Source: Tritrichomonas foetus (taxonomy: Eukaryota). From it: a stretch of 64,000 bases of DNA. The notes below the pieces were generated by a model. That model saw only the letters and a list, made by a program, of their open reading frames with translations. It was not told the DNA's origin and ran no database searches. The translations under genes and the position numbers were made by a program. The DNA lies in the NCBI GenBank assembly GCA_041260205.1, contig CM083809.1, forward strand, positions 1,922,001 through 1,986,000. The letters are read 5' to 3'. Numbering within the stretch: the stretch's first letter is position 1; every line of letters begins with the position of its first letter. Positions 23,512 through 34,345 of this stretch are shown here, in pieces.

Positions 23512-26192
23512 CTATTTGGTTTGAGCGAAAAGGTCAACAATTAGGTTATGACCTTGACTCGATGCCACCTGAATTGGTGTTTCTTGAAAACCTATTACAA
23601 ATTTCATTTGAAAAATAGAAATAAATTATAAATTGAAAAAGATAAATATTATTTTTCGAATTCATATCAACATTTGGTTGTTTCAATAAAATGTTAACAC
23701 TTTCATAATAACCATAATAGCACGCTACATGAAGTGGTGTTTCTTAAAAACCTATCACAAATTCCTTTTGAAAAATAGAAATAAATTATAAATTGAAATT
23801 CAAAAATATTATTTTTCGAATTCATATCAATTTTTGGTTGCTCCAATAAAAGATCAACAATGTTATAATGATTCAAACGACATGCTGCAAAAAGTGGTGT
23901 TTCATAAAAACCTATCAAAAATATCATTTGAAAAATCAAAAATTACTATGAATTTAAACAGTAAAATATCTTTTTTCAAATTAATATCAATATTTGGTTG
24001 TTTCAACAAAAGTTCAGTAATTTTATAACTATCATCATTACAGCATGCGTGATAAAGTGGTGTTTCATAAAAATCTATCACAAATTCCATTTGAATAATC
24101 GATATTAATTATTATGTGAATGTAAAAATATCTTTTTTCAAATTAATATCAATATTTGGTTGTTTCAATAGAAGCTCGACTATTTCATAACATATATCAT
24201 TATAGCATACGCTAAAAAGTGGTGTTTCTTAAAAAACTATCGCAAATTCCATTTGAAAAATAGAAATAAATGATGAATTGAAATCCAAAAATATAATTTT
24301 GTGAATTAATATCAATATTTGGTTGTTTCAATAAAAGTTCAACAACTTCATAATGATGAAAACTGCATGCTGTATAAAGTGGTGTCTTTTAAAAATCAAT
24401 TGGAAATTCTGATTGAAAAATAGAATATAATAATTAATAGGAAATAAAAATTTTATCTTTTGAATTAAGATCAATATTTGACTGTTTCAATAAGAGTTTA
24501 ACAATTTCATAATGATTAAAACGACATGCTATCTGAAGTGGTGTTTCTTAAAAACCTATCACAAATTCCATTTGAAAAATAGAAATAAACTTTGAATTGA
24601 AATTCAAAAATATTATTTTTGGAATTAATATTAATATTTGGTTGTTTCAATAAAAGTTCAACAATGTCATAATGATTCATACGACATGCTGCAAAAAGTG
24701 GTGTTTCTTAAAAATCTATTAAAAACCCCTTTTGAAAAAAAGAAAAAAATTATTAGGTGAAAAGTATAATATCATCAGTCATATTAATATTTATATTTGC
24801 TAGTTGAAAGAAAAAACAATAGAGAAAATAAATAGGAGTTTGTTCAAAATTCATAATGGTGAAAAAAACTGTAGGAAGGAAAAGAGTTGTAGTAATATCG
24901 CATGGTGCTATCTTATAACTACCTTCAATTTCAGAACATTGAGTAAATTCTTTGTTTCCGGGGAATAATTCACAAAGAATTTCAATATTTGATGTTTCAT
25001 TAAATGTGGTTATGATCGTCAAAATTGATAAAGGAGCCAATTCAGGAGAATAATATTCAATAAACTCGGGATGATAATATTCAATAGATTTATGAAAGAC
25101 TACTTCATGAAACCTAGAATATTGCTGATCTACAAGCATATTATAAGTTTCGTCATCAAGCTCCTCCTCACCAAAACCAACAAACGGGTTTTTCTCAAAC
25201 ATATTCATTTCATCTTCATCATCCATCTGCAAACGGGGTTCTTCTTCTAAAAGATGAACAATTTCATAATTATTTCCAATAATACAATAGCTGTATGATT
25301 TTATAGTAATTTTAGCATCTTTTAACAACAAATAACGAAAAATATTAATAGAACCAAATGCCATCGAATATTCAATAAGACTAATTCCACCTTTCTCATC
25401 ATTGTTAATGTCTGGATTATCTTCTAAAAATGATGATTTAATTTGTGAATTAAGATCAAAATCACTGATTGTAGAACAAAAATCTATGAAATGATCAAGA
25501 TCATCTGATCGAATAATTTTGGCGATTTCATCTTCCGAATGAATCTTTCTTCGAATTTCAATGAGATTTTCTTCAATTGTTGAATCTTGGAAATTTTCAT
25601 TTGATATATGATAAGCCAGTCTGATATCTTCTTCATTTAAGTTCATTTGTTCCTTTAATTGTTCATAAAATATTCGATCATATCTTTTGATTTCTGGAAT
25701 AAAAAATAGAAAAAGATTTAATGTGAACTGAGGTGAAAATTGAGATAAGAATTGAGATGACATTCTAGAAAATCTTGTTATCAGAAATGAAATACTCACA
25801 ATTTCCTCTTGAACAAGGAAAAGTAATAAATGCTTGTTGGATTTGAAAATGTTAAATAATGTGAATTGATGGAATGAACTTTTCAATGAATGCTTTGAAA
25901 TTAATTCCTTTAAAATCATGCAATATATTTCGTGTCTTCGAGAAATGACTTCTTCATCTTTGGTTTCGCAAAAATTATAACAAATTGAAAGATGAACAAA
26001 AATGCGGAGGATTATTTCATAAAGGGAGTAGTGTTTGGAAATCTCAAGTTTTGTAAAGCTATTGAAAAGCTCGGTGACTAGCTCGGATATCACGACTTGC
26101 GAATCGGAAGAAAGAATTGAAATCATTAGTCTTTGAAGGTTTTGGATGATGCTAAGGTCATTTCCAAGTTTTGAAATCAGAAAGAAATCCAT
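23512..26192 (-). CDS. DUF3447-type ankyrin-repeat protein; predicted 9 exons (26192-24771, 24707-24612, 24547-24452, 24388-24293, 24228-24130, 24066-23968, 23903-23808, 23743-23648, 23583-23512), 723 aa if the inserts are removed
   Basis: N-terminal IAKIIRSDDL..SLIEYSMAFGSINIFRYL..IIGNNYEIVHLLE is typical of trichomonad DUF3447 proteins; followed by stop-free ankyrin units such as ETPLFAACRMNHYDIVELLLKQPNININSKNN. Confidence 0.8.
23584..24770 (-). other. Eight candidate non-canonical introns: 24708-24770, 24548-24611, 24389-24451, 24229-24292, 24067-24129, 23904-23967, 23744-23807, 23584-23647
   Basis: Lengths 63, 64, 63, 64, 63, 64, 64, 64 nt; all phase 0; all start ATT; end TAA (5), TAT (2) or CAA (1); each one shifts the frame or contains a stop. 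Confidence 0.7.
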
Positions 26193-27120
26193 GTGTCTTC
26201 GATTCGGAAAATAAACGCTGTGTTGTCGATTTGGTTATTTTTTTCAAAAAGTTTGTCATTGAATGATAAATTGAGGAAGAGCGAATAAAAAAAGCTTCTG
26301 GTTATTTACTTTAACTTTTTCTATGCTCATCAATTGTATGCTTATGATTAAATACGCAATAGAACATATCGTAAATCATTGAATTACAACGTTAATCATT
26401 GAATTAGTGATATCGAAGATTTTGCAACCTGCAGGTACAATGCCAGTGAACTCAACTGATAACTGTGAAAAAATGAGTGACATTTCACTGAAAACAAAAA
26501 ACACCATTTCAACATTTACACCTCAACCTTACTGTTTTCATTTATTTATCTTAAAACTAACTTTATTTTTTACAACAAATAATTTTTTATTATTTCGATG
26601 TGAATATCTGACATATATTCTATGCGTTGGTGATTTGTGCTTTTTTTGTAAGTTTTTCCATAACATAGCGATTATCTCAATGGCTTCATTTTTTATTTCA
26701 TTGATTTTCTAAAAATAGTCATTAAAAAATGATATTATGAAATGGGTTTAAACTCGTGAAAAATCGCTAAGTTAAGGGGTAAAACTTACAAAAAAATGGA
26801 GATCCCCAACGCAACCTGATTTCTATAACGATTTTTGAAAATCATCTTCTGAATTCAATTTTTTGTGAAATATCTGATCGTCAGCCACAAAAAAAGATCA
26901 TTTCATCAACATAAAGTATTCAATGTCGAAGTTGGATTGATGGATTTCACCATAACTGCCCTTCACACCAATTTGAATTACTTTTCATCGCACCTTTTTT
27001 TTTGTTGATAAGCACTATTTCAATGATTTACATCATTAATTTCACCTAATTTTTAGTATTCGACCAAATTAGATATTAATTTCATTCAAAAAGCATCTAA
27101 AACCGTCATAATTTTTTGGA

Positions 27121-27666
27121 ATGGCACAACCAAAACCAGCAACAGTCGACGACTTCCTTAAGCGTGAAGATGAAGATGAGAGCGTTCGCAAGTGGAAAGA
27201 ATCCCTTCTCGGTGATGCCGCCAACGCTGACCCAGCTTTAACACATCCAAAAGATGACCCAAGATTTGTTATTCCAAAGGAATTCAAAGTTGTTGTCCAA
27301 GGTGGCCAGACACACACCTACAACTTGGAAGACAAGAACTCCCTCAACGATCTCAAGAAGAACGGTTACAAACTCACTGAAGGACAAACCTTCCACTATG
27401 AAGTCACCTTCCTTGTCCACCACGATCTCGTCCTTGGCCTCAAGCTCAAGACCAAGTCAAAGAAGATGATGGCCAAACAAGAAGCCTCATTCGATATCGG
27501 ATCATACCCACCAACAATTGCCCCAATCACAAAGTCTCTCGAAGAATGCGAAGTTCCAACAGGAATGATGACACGTGGCGAGTATAAGACAGTCAACACA
27601 ATCGAAGATGATATGGGAAGAACCCATCTTAAGTTTGAATCCAAATTCCAAATCGTTAAGGCTTAA
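27121..27666 (+). CDS. Rho GDP-dissociation inhibitor
   Basis: DEDESVRKWKESLLG, LTEG..YEVTFLVHHDLVLGLK, GSYPP, PTGMMTRGEY. Confidence 0.95.
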   Translation: MAQPKPATVDDFLKREDEDESVRKWKESLLGDAANADPALTHPKDDPRFVIPKEFKVVVQGGQTHTYNLEDKNSLNDLKKNGYKLTEGQTFHYEVTFLVHHDLVLGLKLKTKSKKMMAKQEASFDIGSYPPTIAPITKSLEECEVPTGMMTRGEYKTVNTIEDDMGRTHLKFESKFQIVKA

Positions 27667-28185
27667 ACCAAGTTTTCAAAGAGAATTATTTTCACACTTG
27701 TTTTCTTTGATTTAATTTTTACACCTGTTTTTCTTGTGATTTTGAATGCCTTTTTTTTGTATTGTTGACTATTTTTTCTTTGAATGATTGGTCGGTTTGT
27801 ATCGTTTTGAATTTGACAATTTTTCCTCGGCTTTTCAAAAAGTTAATATCTACCCACATGAAATCTGAAGTATAATCGTCCTTTTTCTTATGAATGTTGG
27901 AAAAGCAATTATTTAATTATATTTTCCCATTTAAACTTGCCTTTTTCTTAATTTTTTATGTTTTTTTATCAATCATCGATCAATAAATTAAATAAATATC
28001 TATTGTGATTCTTATACTTGGGAATGCAGTGACAACATGTCTGTTTGATTTTAGTAATATGATTTAATGTGTCACCTCTAACATTAATGTTGTTTCTCAT
28101 AAATTTTATCTTTTTTTTTGAAAATAAATAATAATGATAACAATAAAGCATATCAAATAATTTATGCATACAACATACTCTATAT

Positions 28186-31047
28186 TTAGATTTCTGGTGG
28201 GTCAAAAAGCGCAGATCCTAAAACAGGGATGTAAAATCTGTGTGAATGTTCAGGCTCAAATAAAATCCTACCTTGGAAAGAAGATTCCCTTAATGGTGTA
28301 AAATGGACAGGAAGAAGGACAAAGCATCCTGGCTCGATAGAAAAGCTATTTTTGGGACATGAAAAAGGTGGTGATGCAGACACGACAATATTAGTACTTT
28401 CCTTTTTCTTGTTCACTAATCTGAGCTGCCCACGCATGATTCTTCCCACTTCACATATACCAAAATTCAAAACGTCTGCTTCAAATTTAATGGCAGTATC
28501 AACAATGAATCCTTTAATGTCAACCTTTTTATAAAAATTATCGCTTTTGTTGGAACTCTGAATGATTAAACTATCATTAATTTCCTGCTCTTTTGAACAA
28601 ATCAATGATATTTTCAATAAAAATCTTTGTTCACTCTTCAAGAAAATTTTTGCAGGAAATGTTAATAAATTATTTTTCGATGTTAGTAGCAATTCCAATG
28701 GTCGCAATTTTTGGTTTTCAATCCAAATCTTCATTTCTTTGGTTTGGAAAATGCCAACTTCACCAAAATCAATTTTTTGTGAAGAAATCGTGAAAAGATC
28801 ATGGTTAACTTCTGAAACATCAATTAATTGTGTAGAAAGTTGTTGATTAAAAATCTCGAGGAATTCTTTAACATCAAGGTCTTCTAAAAGTTCTGTACTA
28901 ATTGATGAAATTTCATCTCTCAATAAGTCAATTGATTCAAACGTTGTGGAGAAAAAGTTATCAGGATCAATGAATGATAAGATTTGTCTCACTATTTCAT
29001 CACCACTGTGAACCAGGATTTCATCAACATCTTCAGGGAATGTGAAGGTCATTGATCCATTGAACGGAATAAAGCCACATTGTGGAGAAGCATCAATTAA
29101 TCTTAGCCTGTCATCATTTGTAGTAAATGTGATGAAGGCAGTTCTCAAGCCATGATTTTCTACACGGAGAACATGAGGCCTGACAACACGGACAGAAATA
29201 TCAGATGAAGATCGATAGGCTAAAATTGGGATTGATAGTGGCTGGCAATTTTTTCCGTCAAGCTTCAAATATCCGCTAGAGACTGAATTAGGTATTCTTT
29301 GACATGACAGTTTAATTGGTAAGTTAGAGTTTCCAATTTCGTCGCATTCAATCCAATTTGGTTTGTCAATTTTTACTGTTTTTGGACCGCAAAATGATAA
29401 AACAAAATCTGAAATATTTTCGTCAATTCTGAAGAAGTTAATTAAGTTTGATGATGTTAAAATGGCCGATAAACTTTTTAGTGGTACTTTTTTAATGCTT
29501 TCATCAGTCTGAACTTTGAGATGGCCGCGAACAGATTGTGGTGATTTGGGATTGAATTCAATATCAACATTGTGAATTGAATGTGGTTTTAGAATGATTG
29601 CTTTGTCATGAAGGAGAGAAAATTCTGGATTATCTGTTGCCAATTTCACTTTCATTTTCTTCTCGCTTTTATTGGTTAAAATAAGGCTTTTCTTCTTTTT
29701 GTATCCATAGTTTAACTCGAATGATACAGTATCTTCGTTGACTTCGATATCATTTCTAGGCAATTCTATTTGCTGTGTTACTTTTTGATCATTTTCCCTC
29801 CATCTTACATACAAAAATCCATTACTTTTTAAAGTATCTATTTTTTCAGAAGCACCAGATAGAAGAGAAATTTTAGTTGCATGCTTTCTGTCGAAAATAT
29901 TAGTAAAAGAAATATAATACGATCTTTTTTCATTTGAAGTATTTTCAAGAATGACTTGGGATGAAACATCATCAACTGCTTTGATTCTAAATGGTGGAAC
30001 AACTGCTATTGCATGAAGTGTAAATTTTAATGGCCCGAATTGAACAGTATCATTAAAATCGCCTGGAACTTCTGAATAAAAACTGAACATGATATTATCA
30101 TTTTCATGATCATATTTATTATTTCTTTTAGAAAGAGAATTTCTACGCAGTTGTTCTTTCGTGTTTTCTCCAGTCTCGTCATTATTTAGAGAATTTCCCG
30201 AAATCAAATTATCAAACTCTTCTTCTTCTTCTTCTTCATTTTTATCGACATCATTTAATAGTTGATATGAGAATGGAAGTGCTAATTCAGGCGCTTCATT
30301 ATAATCCAAATAAATTTTATTTTCTGAGTAATTAATTTGCTTAAATTGGTGAGTACAAATTGGAACACAACCAAATTCAATCATACCACTTGTATTAGGT
30401 CGAATAATTGTTAATGGAATCGAAATCGAGTCACCACTTTCACTACATTGAATATGAAAATTAGGAGCTGATGAAAAATCAAAATTCATGTTAATATCAT
30501 ATTTAATTTCAATGGGACATATTGAAAAAGGAGGCAAATCAATTGATGGCGGTGTGATGGAAAATGAAGCCGAATCGAAATCAAAAAGAACATGTAAACT
30601 TTTGACTAATGATCTATTGGCTATATTAAAAACTAAAGAAGTTTTGGCCATTGAAAATTGACATGATGTGATTTCTTCATCATCAAATACCAAAGGTGAT
30701 GGAATGCATTTTGCTTTAAGTGGAACAGTTATTGTTGAGCTTTCAGATGTAACAATGAGTTCTGTTTCAAATTGACCAACTTCGTCTGATATAAAGGTGA
30801 TAATTAATGAATAGACAATTCCTGGCGAAATATTAATTTCGTTTGAAGCAACTGAAAAGCATGAATTTGAATCAAGCGATAAATTGACTGTTTGCATTGT
30901 AGAAAAAGGATTCAAAATAAATAATGTGAAATGTGAAAAAACACCTCGATAAGTTGGCGGAAAAGTTGCTATTTCGGGAAATGCTGGTATTGAAAAAACT
31001 TCCTTCTCGATGATTGGCGATTCTTCTTCTTCCTCTTCTTCAAACAT
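28186..31047 (-). CDS. Multi ASH/PapD-like domain protein, CEP192/SPD-2-like
   Basis: Repeated Ig-like units (IDFGEV..IENQK, LNFGIC..LVNKK, PVHFTP); AYRSSSDI..VENHGLRTAF..GDEIVRQ resembles the SPD2 domain. Confidence 0.65.
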   Translation of the reverse strand: MFEEEEEEESPIIEKEVFSIPAFPEIATFPPTYRGVFSHFTLFILNPFSTMQTVNLSLDSNSCFSVASNEINISPGIVYSLIITFISDEVGQFETELIVTSESSTITVPLKAKCIPSPLVFDDEEITSCQFSMAKTSLVFNIANRSLVKSLHVLFDFDSASFSITPPSIDLPPFSICPIEIKYDINMNFDFSSAPNFHIQCSESGDSISIPLTIIRPNTSGMIEFGCVPICTHQFKQINYSENKIYLDYNEAPELALPFSYQLLNDVDKNEEEEEEEFDNLISGNSLNNDETGENTKEQLRRNSLSKRNNKYDHENDNIMFSFYSEVPGDFNDTVQFGPLKFTLHAIAVVPPFRIKAVDDVSSQVILENTSNEKRSYYISFTNIFDRKHATKISLLSGASEKIDTLKSNGFLYVRWRENDQKVTQQIELPRNDIEVNEDTVSFELNYGYKKKKSLILTNKSEKKMKVKLATDNPEFSLLHDKAIILKPHSIHNVDIEFNPKSPQSVRGHLKVQTDESIKKVPLKSLSAILTSSNLINFFRIDENISDFVLSFCGPKTVKIDKPNWIECDEIGNSNLPIKLSCQRIPNSVSSGYLKLDGKNCQPLSIPILAYRSSSDISVRVVRPHVLRVENHGLRTAFITFTTNDDRLRLIDASPQCGFIPFNGSMTFTFPEDVDEILVHSGDEIVRQILSFIDPDNFFSTTFESIDLLRDEISSISTELLEDLDVKEFLEIFNQQLSTQLIDVSEVNHDLFTISSQKIDFGEVGIFQTKEMKIWIENQKLRPLELLLTSKNNLLTFPAKIFLKSEQRFLLKISLICSKEQEINDSLIIQSSNKSDNFYKKVDIKGFIVDTAIKFEADVLNFGICEVGRIMRGQLRLVNKKKESTNIVVSASPPFSCPKNSFSIEPGCFVLLPVHFTPLRESSFQGRILFEPEHSHRFYIPVLGSALFDPPEI

Positions 31048-31300
31048 GAAACAATTACTTAACGTATGATTTTAACGTCTAAGTTAACCATTTTTTAACA
31101 TATTTGTTAACCTAATCTATAAACCACAATATTTTGAATATTAACTAACGGTTGATCACAAATATAAAAAAGATCTTTTCAAAAGTTTCATTGGTAATTC
31201 TATGTAATTTCGAATACAAGGTGATATTATTTCACCTTAGTGATAAGAATTTCTATCAGAAAAAACAGTTATCATATATTTGTGAACATAAAAACAAAGA

Positions 31301-32749
31301 ATGAGTTTTTATATCTCACGAGGATTTGCCTCACTCGCTTATGATGACACGATTGCTCGAACGACCTACCTCGAACAACTCCCAATGATCGCCGAATGCC
31401 TCACTTTTCAACACTTTATTGAAGAGTATGAAACCGTTCTTAAATCAATTGCCCAATACGCTACTCTCGTCAAGAAAATTAACGAAGTTATCCCCCTTAT
31501 TTTCGAACATCTCGATAAAAAACAAAAATACGAACTTTTATATTTAACAGGTGAGAAAATCTGCATCTCATCTGAAGAAAAGCCGAAAAAGTCATTTCTA
31601 GACCTTGCCGAAAAATTACTACAAGAAATGAACGATATTCCAGTCGAGTTTGAAACGATGCTAAAGCCGCAATTATTGCCAAAAATGAATAATGAATATA
31701 ATTTTCAAGGAAAATTCGCACTTTGGAGGCTGGCCAGATTGACAGTCATTTGTTCGGATTATTCACATTTCGAAGACCTGATTTTCAATATGTTTGCTGG
31801 AAATGATATCATGATATCCATTGCATCTGAAGTTTTAAATGTTATGCATCCAAACCTCGCCAAAAAGTATCTGATCAAAGCGCTGATGAGTCCAACCGAC
31901 AGCGCGAGGATTTCGGGGATTGACGCCATAGAAAAGTACGAAATAAGTGTTCATAATGATTTCATTGATGCTGCATTCAAAAGTGAAAAGAGTCCTAAAG
32001 TTTTGATAAGAATTGCACAACTTCCGCCTAAGTTCTTAACAAAAGACATCATGGAGATGTTAATACAAAATGATTCGACGTCATCAATCGCCAGTAAAAC
32101 TGCTCTATCATCACCATATTTTGCCGAGCTTCTTCCGATCCTCAAAACAAAGGGAGGCGTTGGATGTGAAATTAATAATGTCGATTTTTCAATTCTTCAG
32201 CAATGCTCACCCATTCCATATGATTTCCTTTCTCTTCTTTTGAAGGAATCAAAAGAAATCATTCATGAAAATACGATTGATTCTCTCCTCAAACTTGATA
32301 CGTTTCAGGTCACGTTTCGCATCATCTTCCCTCGAATGAACGAGAATGGGAATTGGAGATCTCGCTATAATGCGATATTAATAGCTACCCGAATACTTCA
32401 ACGAATTTCTTCTCCTGGAAATTCTGATGGTGAAATTAAAATTTCGCTCGATCAAGCAAATATTATGAATTTTGCTGGATTTATGGTATCGATGGGTCTT
32501 GATCTTGTTTACGCAGTTCGAGAAGCAGCGTTTAAATCTATCCAATTCTTCCCTGAGTCGAGTGCTGTTTCGATCATAGATTCGATGATATCAATTGTCA
32601 CACAATCTGATGAGTTCCAACTTCTCATTTTGCGAGAGTTTCTTAATACTGCACACAAGTCTATTGTGAAGTATGGGGACCATGTAAAACTAGAGAAGGC
32701 CTGCACAGCAGTCGGAATCGACTTCAAAACTTACCTTAAATGTGATTAA
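31301..32749 (+). CDS. HEAT-repeat protein, PP2A-A/PP4R1-like scaffold
   Basis: NWRSRY, DLVYAVREAA, EKSPKVLIRIA; predicted helical. Confidence 0.6.
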   Translation: MSFYISRGFASLAYDDTIARTTYLEQLPMIAECLTFQHFIEEYETVLKSIAQYATLVKKINEVIPLIFEHLDKKQKYELLYLTGEKICISSEEKPKKSFLDLAEKLLQEMNDIPVEFETMLKPQLLPKMNNEYNFQGKFALWRLARLTVICSDYSHFEDLIFNMFAGNDIMISIASEVLNVMHPNLAKKYLIKALMSPTDSARISGIDAIEKYEISVHNDFIDAAFKSEKSPKVLIRIAQLPPKFLTKDIMEMLIQNDSTSSIASKTALSSPYFAELLPILKTKGGVGCEINNVDFSILQQCSPIPYDFLSLLLKESKEIIHENTIDSLLKLDTFQVTFRIIFPRMNENGNWRSRYNAILIATRILQRISSPGNSDGEIKISLDQANIMNFAGFMVSMGLDLVYAVREAAFKSIQFFPESSAVSIIDSMISIVTQSDEFQLLILREFLNTAHKSIVKYGDHVKLEKACTAVGIDFKTYLKCD

Positions 32750-32907
32750 ATAGATGCATCGTTTATGTTCTTTTTCTTATTATTATTTTGATCTCCAAAG
32801 AAAGAATAATTTATGAAAAAAGAATAATTTATCATGACATAATATTTACTAATATAAAAAGTAAAACAGAGATGACGAATTATGGAACCCGATAAAGTCT
32901 ATTTTAT

Positions 32908-34302
32908 TTAATTCATTTCTTTAAATGCTTTAATAGCATCCACAACCGCTTGATAAGTTGCAACAATAGCAAAAACTAAACCAACAATTGCAAAAATTAT
33001 GCTCAAAACATTTGTACGCTCTGTCCATTTCTTTCCAGAAGAAAGTACCCACAAGATTGATGGATAAGTAAAGCATGCCAAGCATCCACCAAGGGCACCA
33101 CCTACTGCAATGGCTGGTTTAGCTTGTGGCAAGAACATTGCAACAGCCAGTGGAATCAAAGCCGATAAAGAAAATACGATCCAAAATCGGGAACCTTTCA
33201 ATTCATTTGCATGATTCATTTTGTAGAGTAATTGCGACCAATTACACATAACGCTTTTTCCTAAAACAGGAAAAGAAAAGCTTACAATCAAGAAAAAGCC
33301 AACTCGAACAACTGTAAATAAAATATCATTCGAAGGGAACGAATTCAAAATGTTACCTTCCGCTTCGGAACCGAAAATCATGTACATTAAAATGGAAGGG
33401 AATATGGTCAATGTTGCAGTAATTATGAAGCATTCCAATACAACATTTCTGCGTGCTTTGTATTCTGGTGAATATGGAGAAAGAAGCGGAATGACAACAG
33501 TCGGAAGTGCAAAAGTTAGTGCATATACACCAATTGCTGAAAAAGTGGTCATATCTAATTTAGCTAACACCATACTTGCAGCAATGCCTTGGTCTGGAAT
33601 CATTTGTGCCATTTTTACAATAGTTGCGGCAATGTAGAAAATAATGAATAAATTTGAAGCTGCTGAAACCATTCCAATGAAGACAAATGTTTTAGGAACC
33701 ATCAGCGCAATTGGCACAGCCAAACCATACACCAAAATCATGACAAGACGATATACAAATGAAGTAATATCAATTCCGCCAAATGCAAACCATGATGTGA
33801 TCATATCACCACCAATAATTAAGTAGGCAATCATTGAAGCATCCAAAAAAATAATGACAACAATTGAATAGGATATACTTCCCCACTTCCCCATGATCTT
33901 TTCAACCAATTCATCAAATCCTTTACAGTCAATTTTTTGGTGGAGCTTGATATCCATTACACTTGCAATGTAGGATAAAGCAGCAATAAGGATAATAATG
34001 GCAAGTGATGGAATCATTCCGGCTGATCCAAAAGAATTGGGTACACTTAAAATTCCTGCACCCAAAAGTGATCCTAACAAATTCATTAATGTTGTAAAAT
34101 GACCTGCGCTTGTTGCTTCAACTTTGGTAATCTTTTCAAAATCTTCATCGCTGGAGGATGTTGTCGTATTATTATCTATACTCGTGCCGCTTTCAACGTC
34201 TTTGGTTGTGCCATTGGAATATATAGCCGAGCTGTTGCTTCCACTGGATGATCCTGAATCTGATAGGTTCGAAAGTGATGCATCGTGGCTGGATTCATTC
34301 AT
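32908..34302 (-). CDS. Amino acid permease (AAAP/SLC38-like)
   Basis: NLLGSLLGAGILSVPNSF, FGSEAEGNILNSF, about 11 TM segments. Confidence 0.92.
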   Translation of the reverse strand: MNESSHDASLSNLSDSGSSSGSNSSAIYSNGTTKDVESGTSIDNNTTTSSSDEDFEKITKVEATSAGHFTTLMNLLGSLLGAGILSVPNSFGSAGMIPSLAIIILIAALSYIASVMDIKLHQKIDCKGFDELVEKIMGKWGSISYSIVVIIFLDASMIAYLIIGGDMITSWFAFGGIDITSFVYRLVMILVYGLAVPIALMVPKTFVFIGMVSAASNLFIIFYIAATIVKMAQMIPDQGIAASMVLAKLDMTTFSAIGVYALTFALPTVVIPLLSPYSPEYKARRNVVLECFIITATLTIFPSILMYMIFGSEAEGNILNSFPSNDILFTVVRVGFFLIVSFSFPVLGKSVMCNWSQLLYKMNHANELKGSRFWIVFSLSALIPLAVAMFLPQAKPAIAVGGALGGCLACFTYPSILWVLSSGKKWTERTNVLSIIFAIVGLVFAIVATYQAVVDAIKAFKEMN

Positions 34303-34321
34303 TGTGCAGTTAATAAATAGT

Positions 34322-34345
34322 GAACTCGCAAATAAGTGAAGTGAC
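34322..34345 (-). promoter_or_regulatory. Candidate trichomonad initiator (Inr, TCAYW) motifs upstream of the permease
   Basis: Minus strand GTCACTTCACTTATTTGCGAGTTCA contains repeated TCACT within about 45 nt of the ATG. Confidence 0.4.

Noticed and set aside
23480..23520. A ninth insert after the last ankyrin unit (GTT start at 23489)
   Set aside because: The last unit shifts frame and stops at TAG 23512-23514 before this point, and no further exon is visible.
23584..24770. Canonical GT-AG splicing or TAA recoding to explain the ankyrin inserts
   Set aside because: No GT at the 5' boundaries; the internal AG of ATAG would leave an in-frame TAA in several units and is absent in insert 3; TAA terminates normal genes in this window; 64-nt inserts shift the frame regardless.
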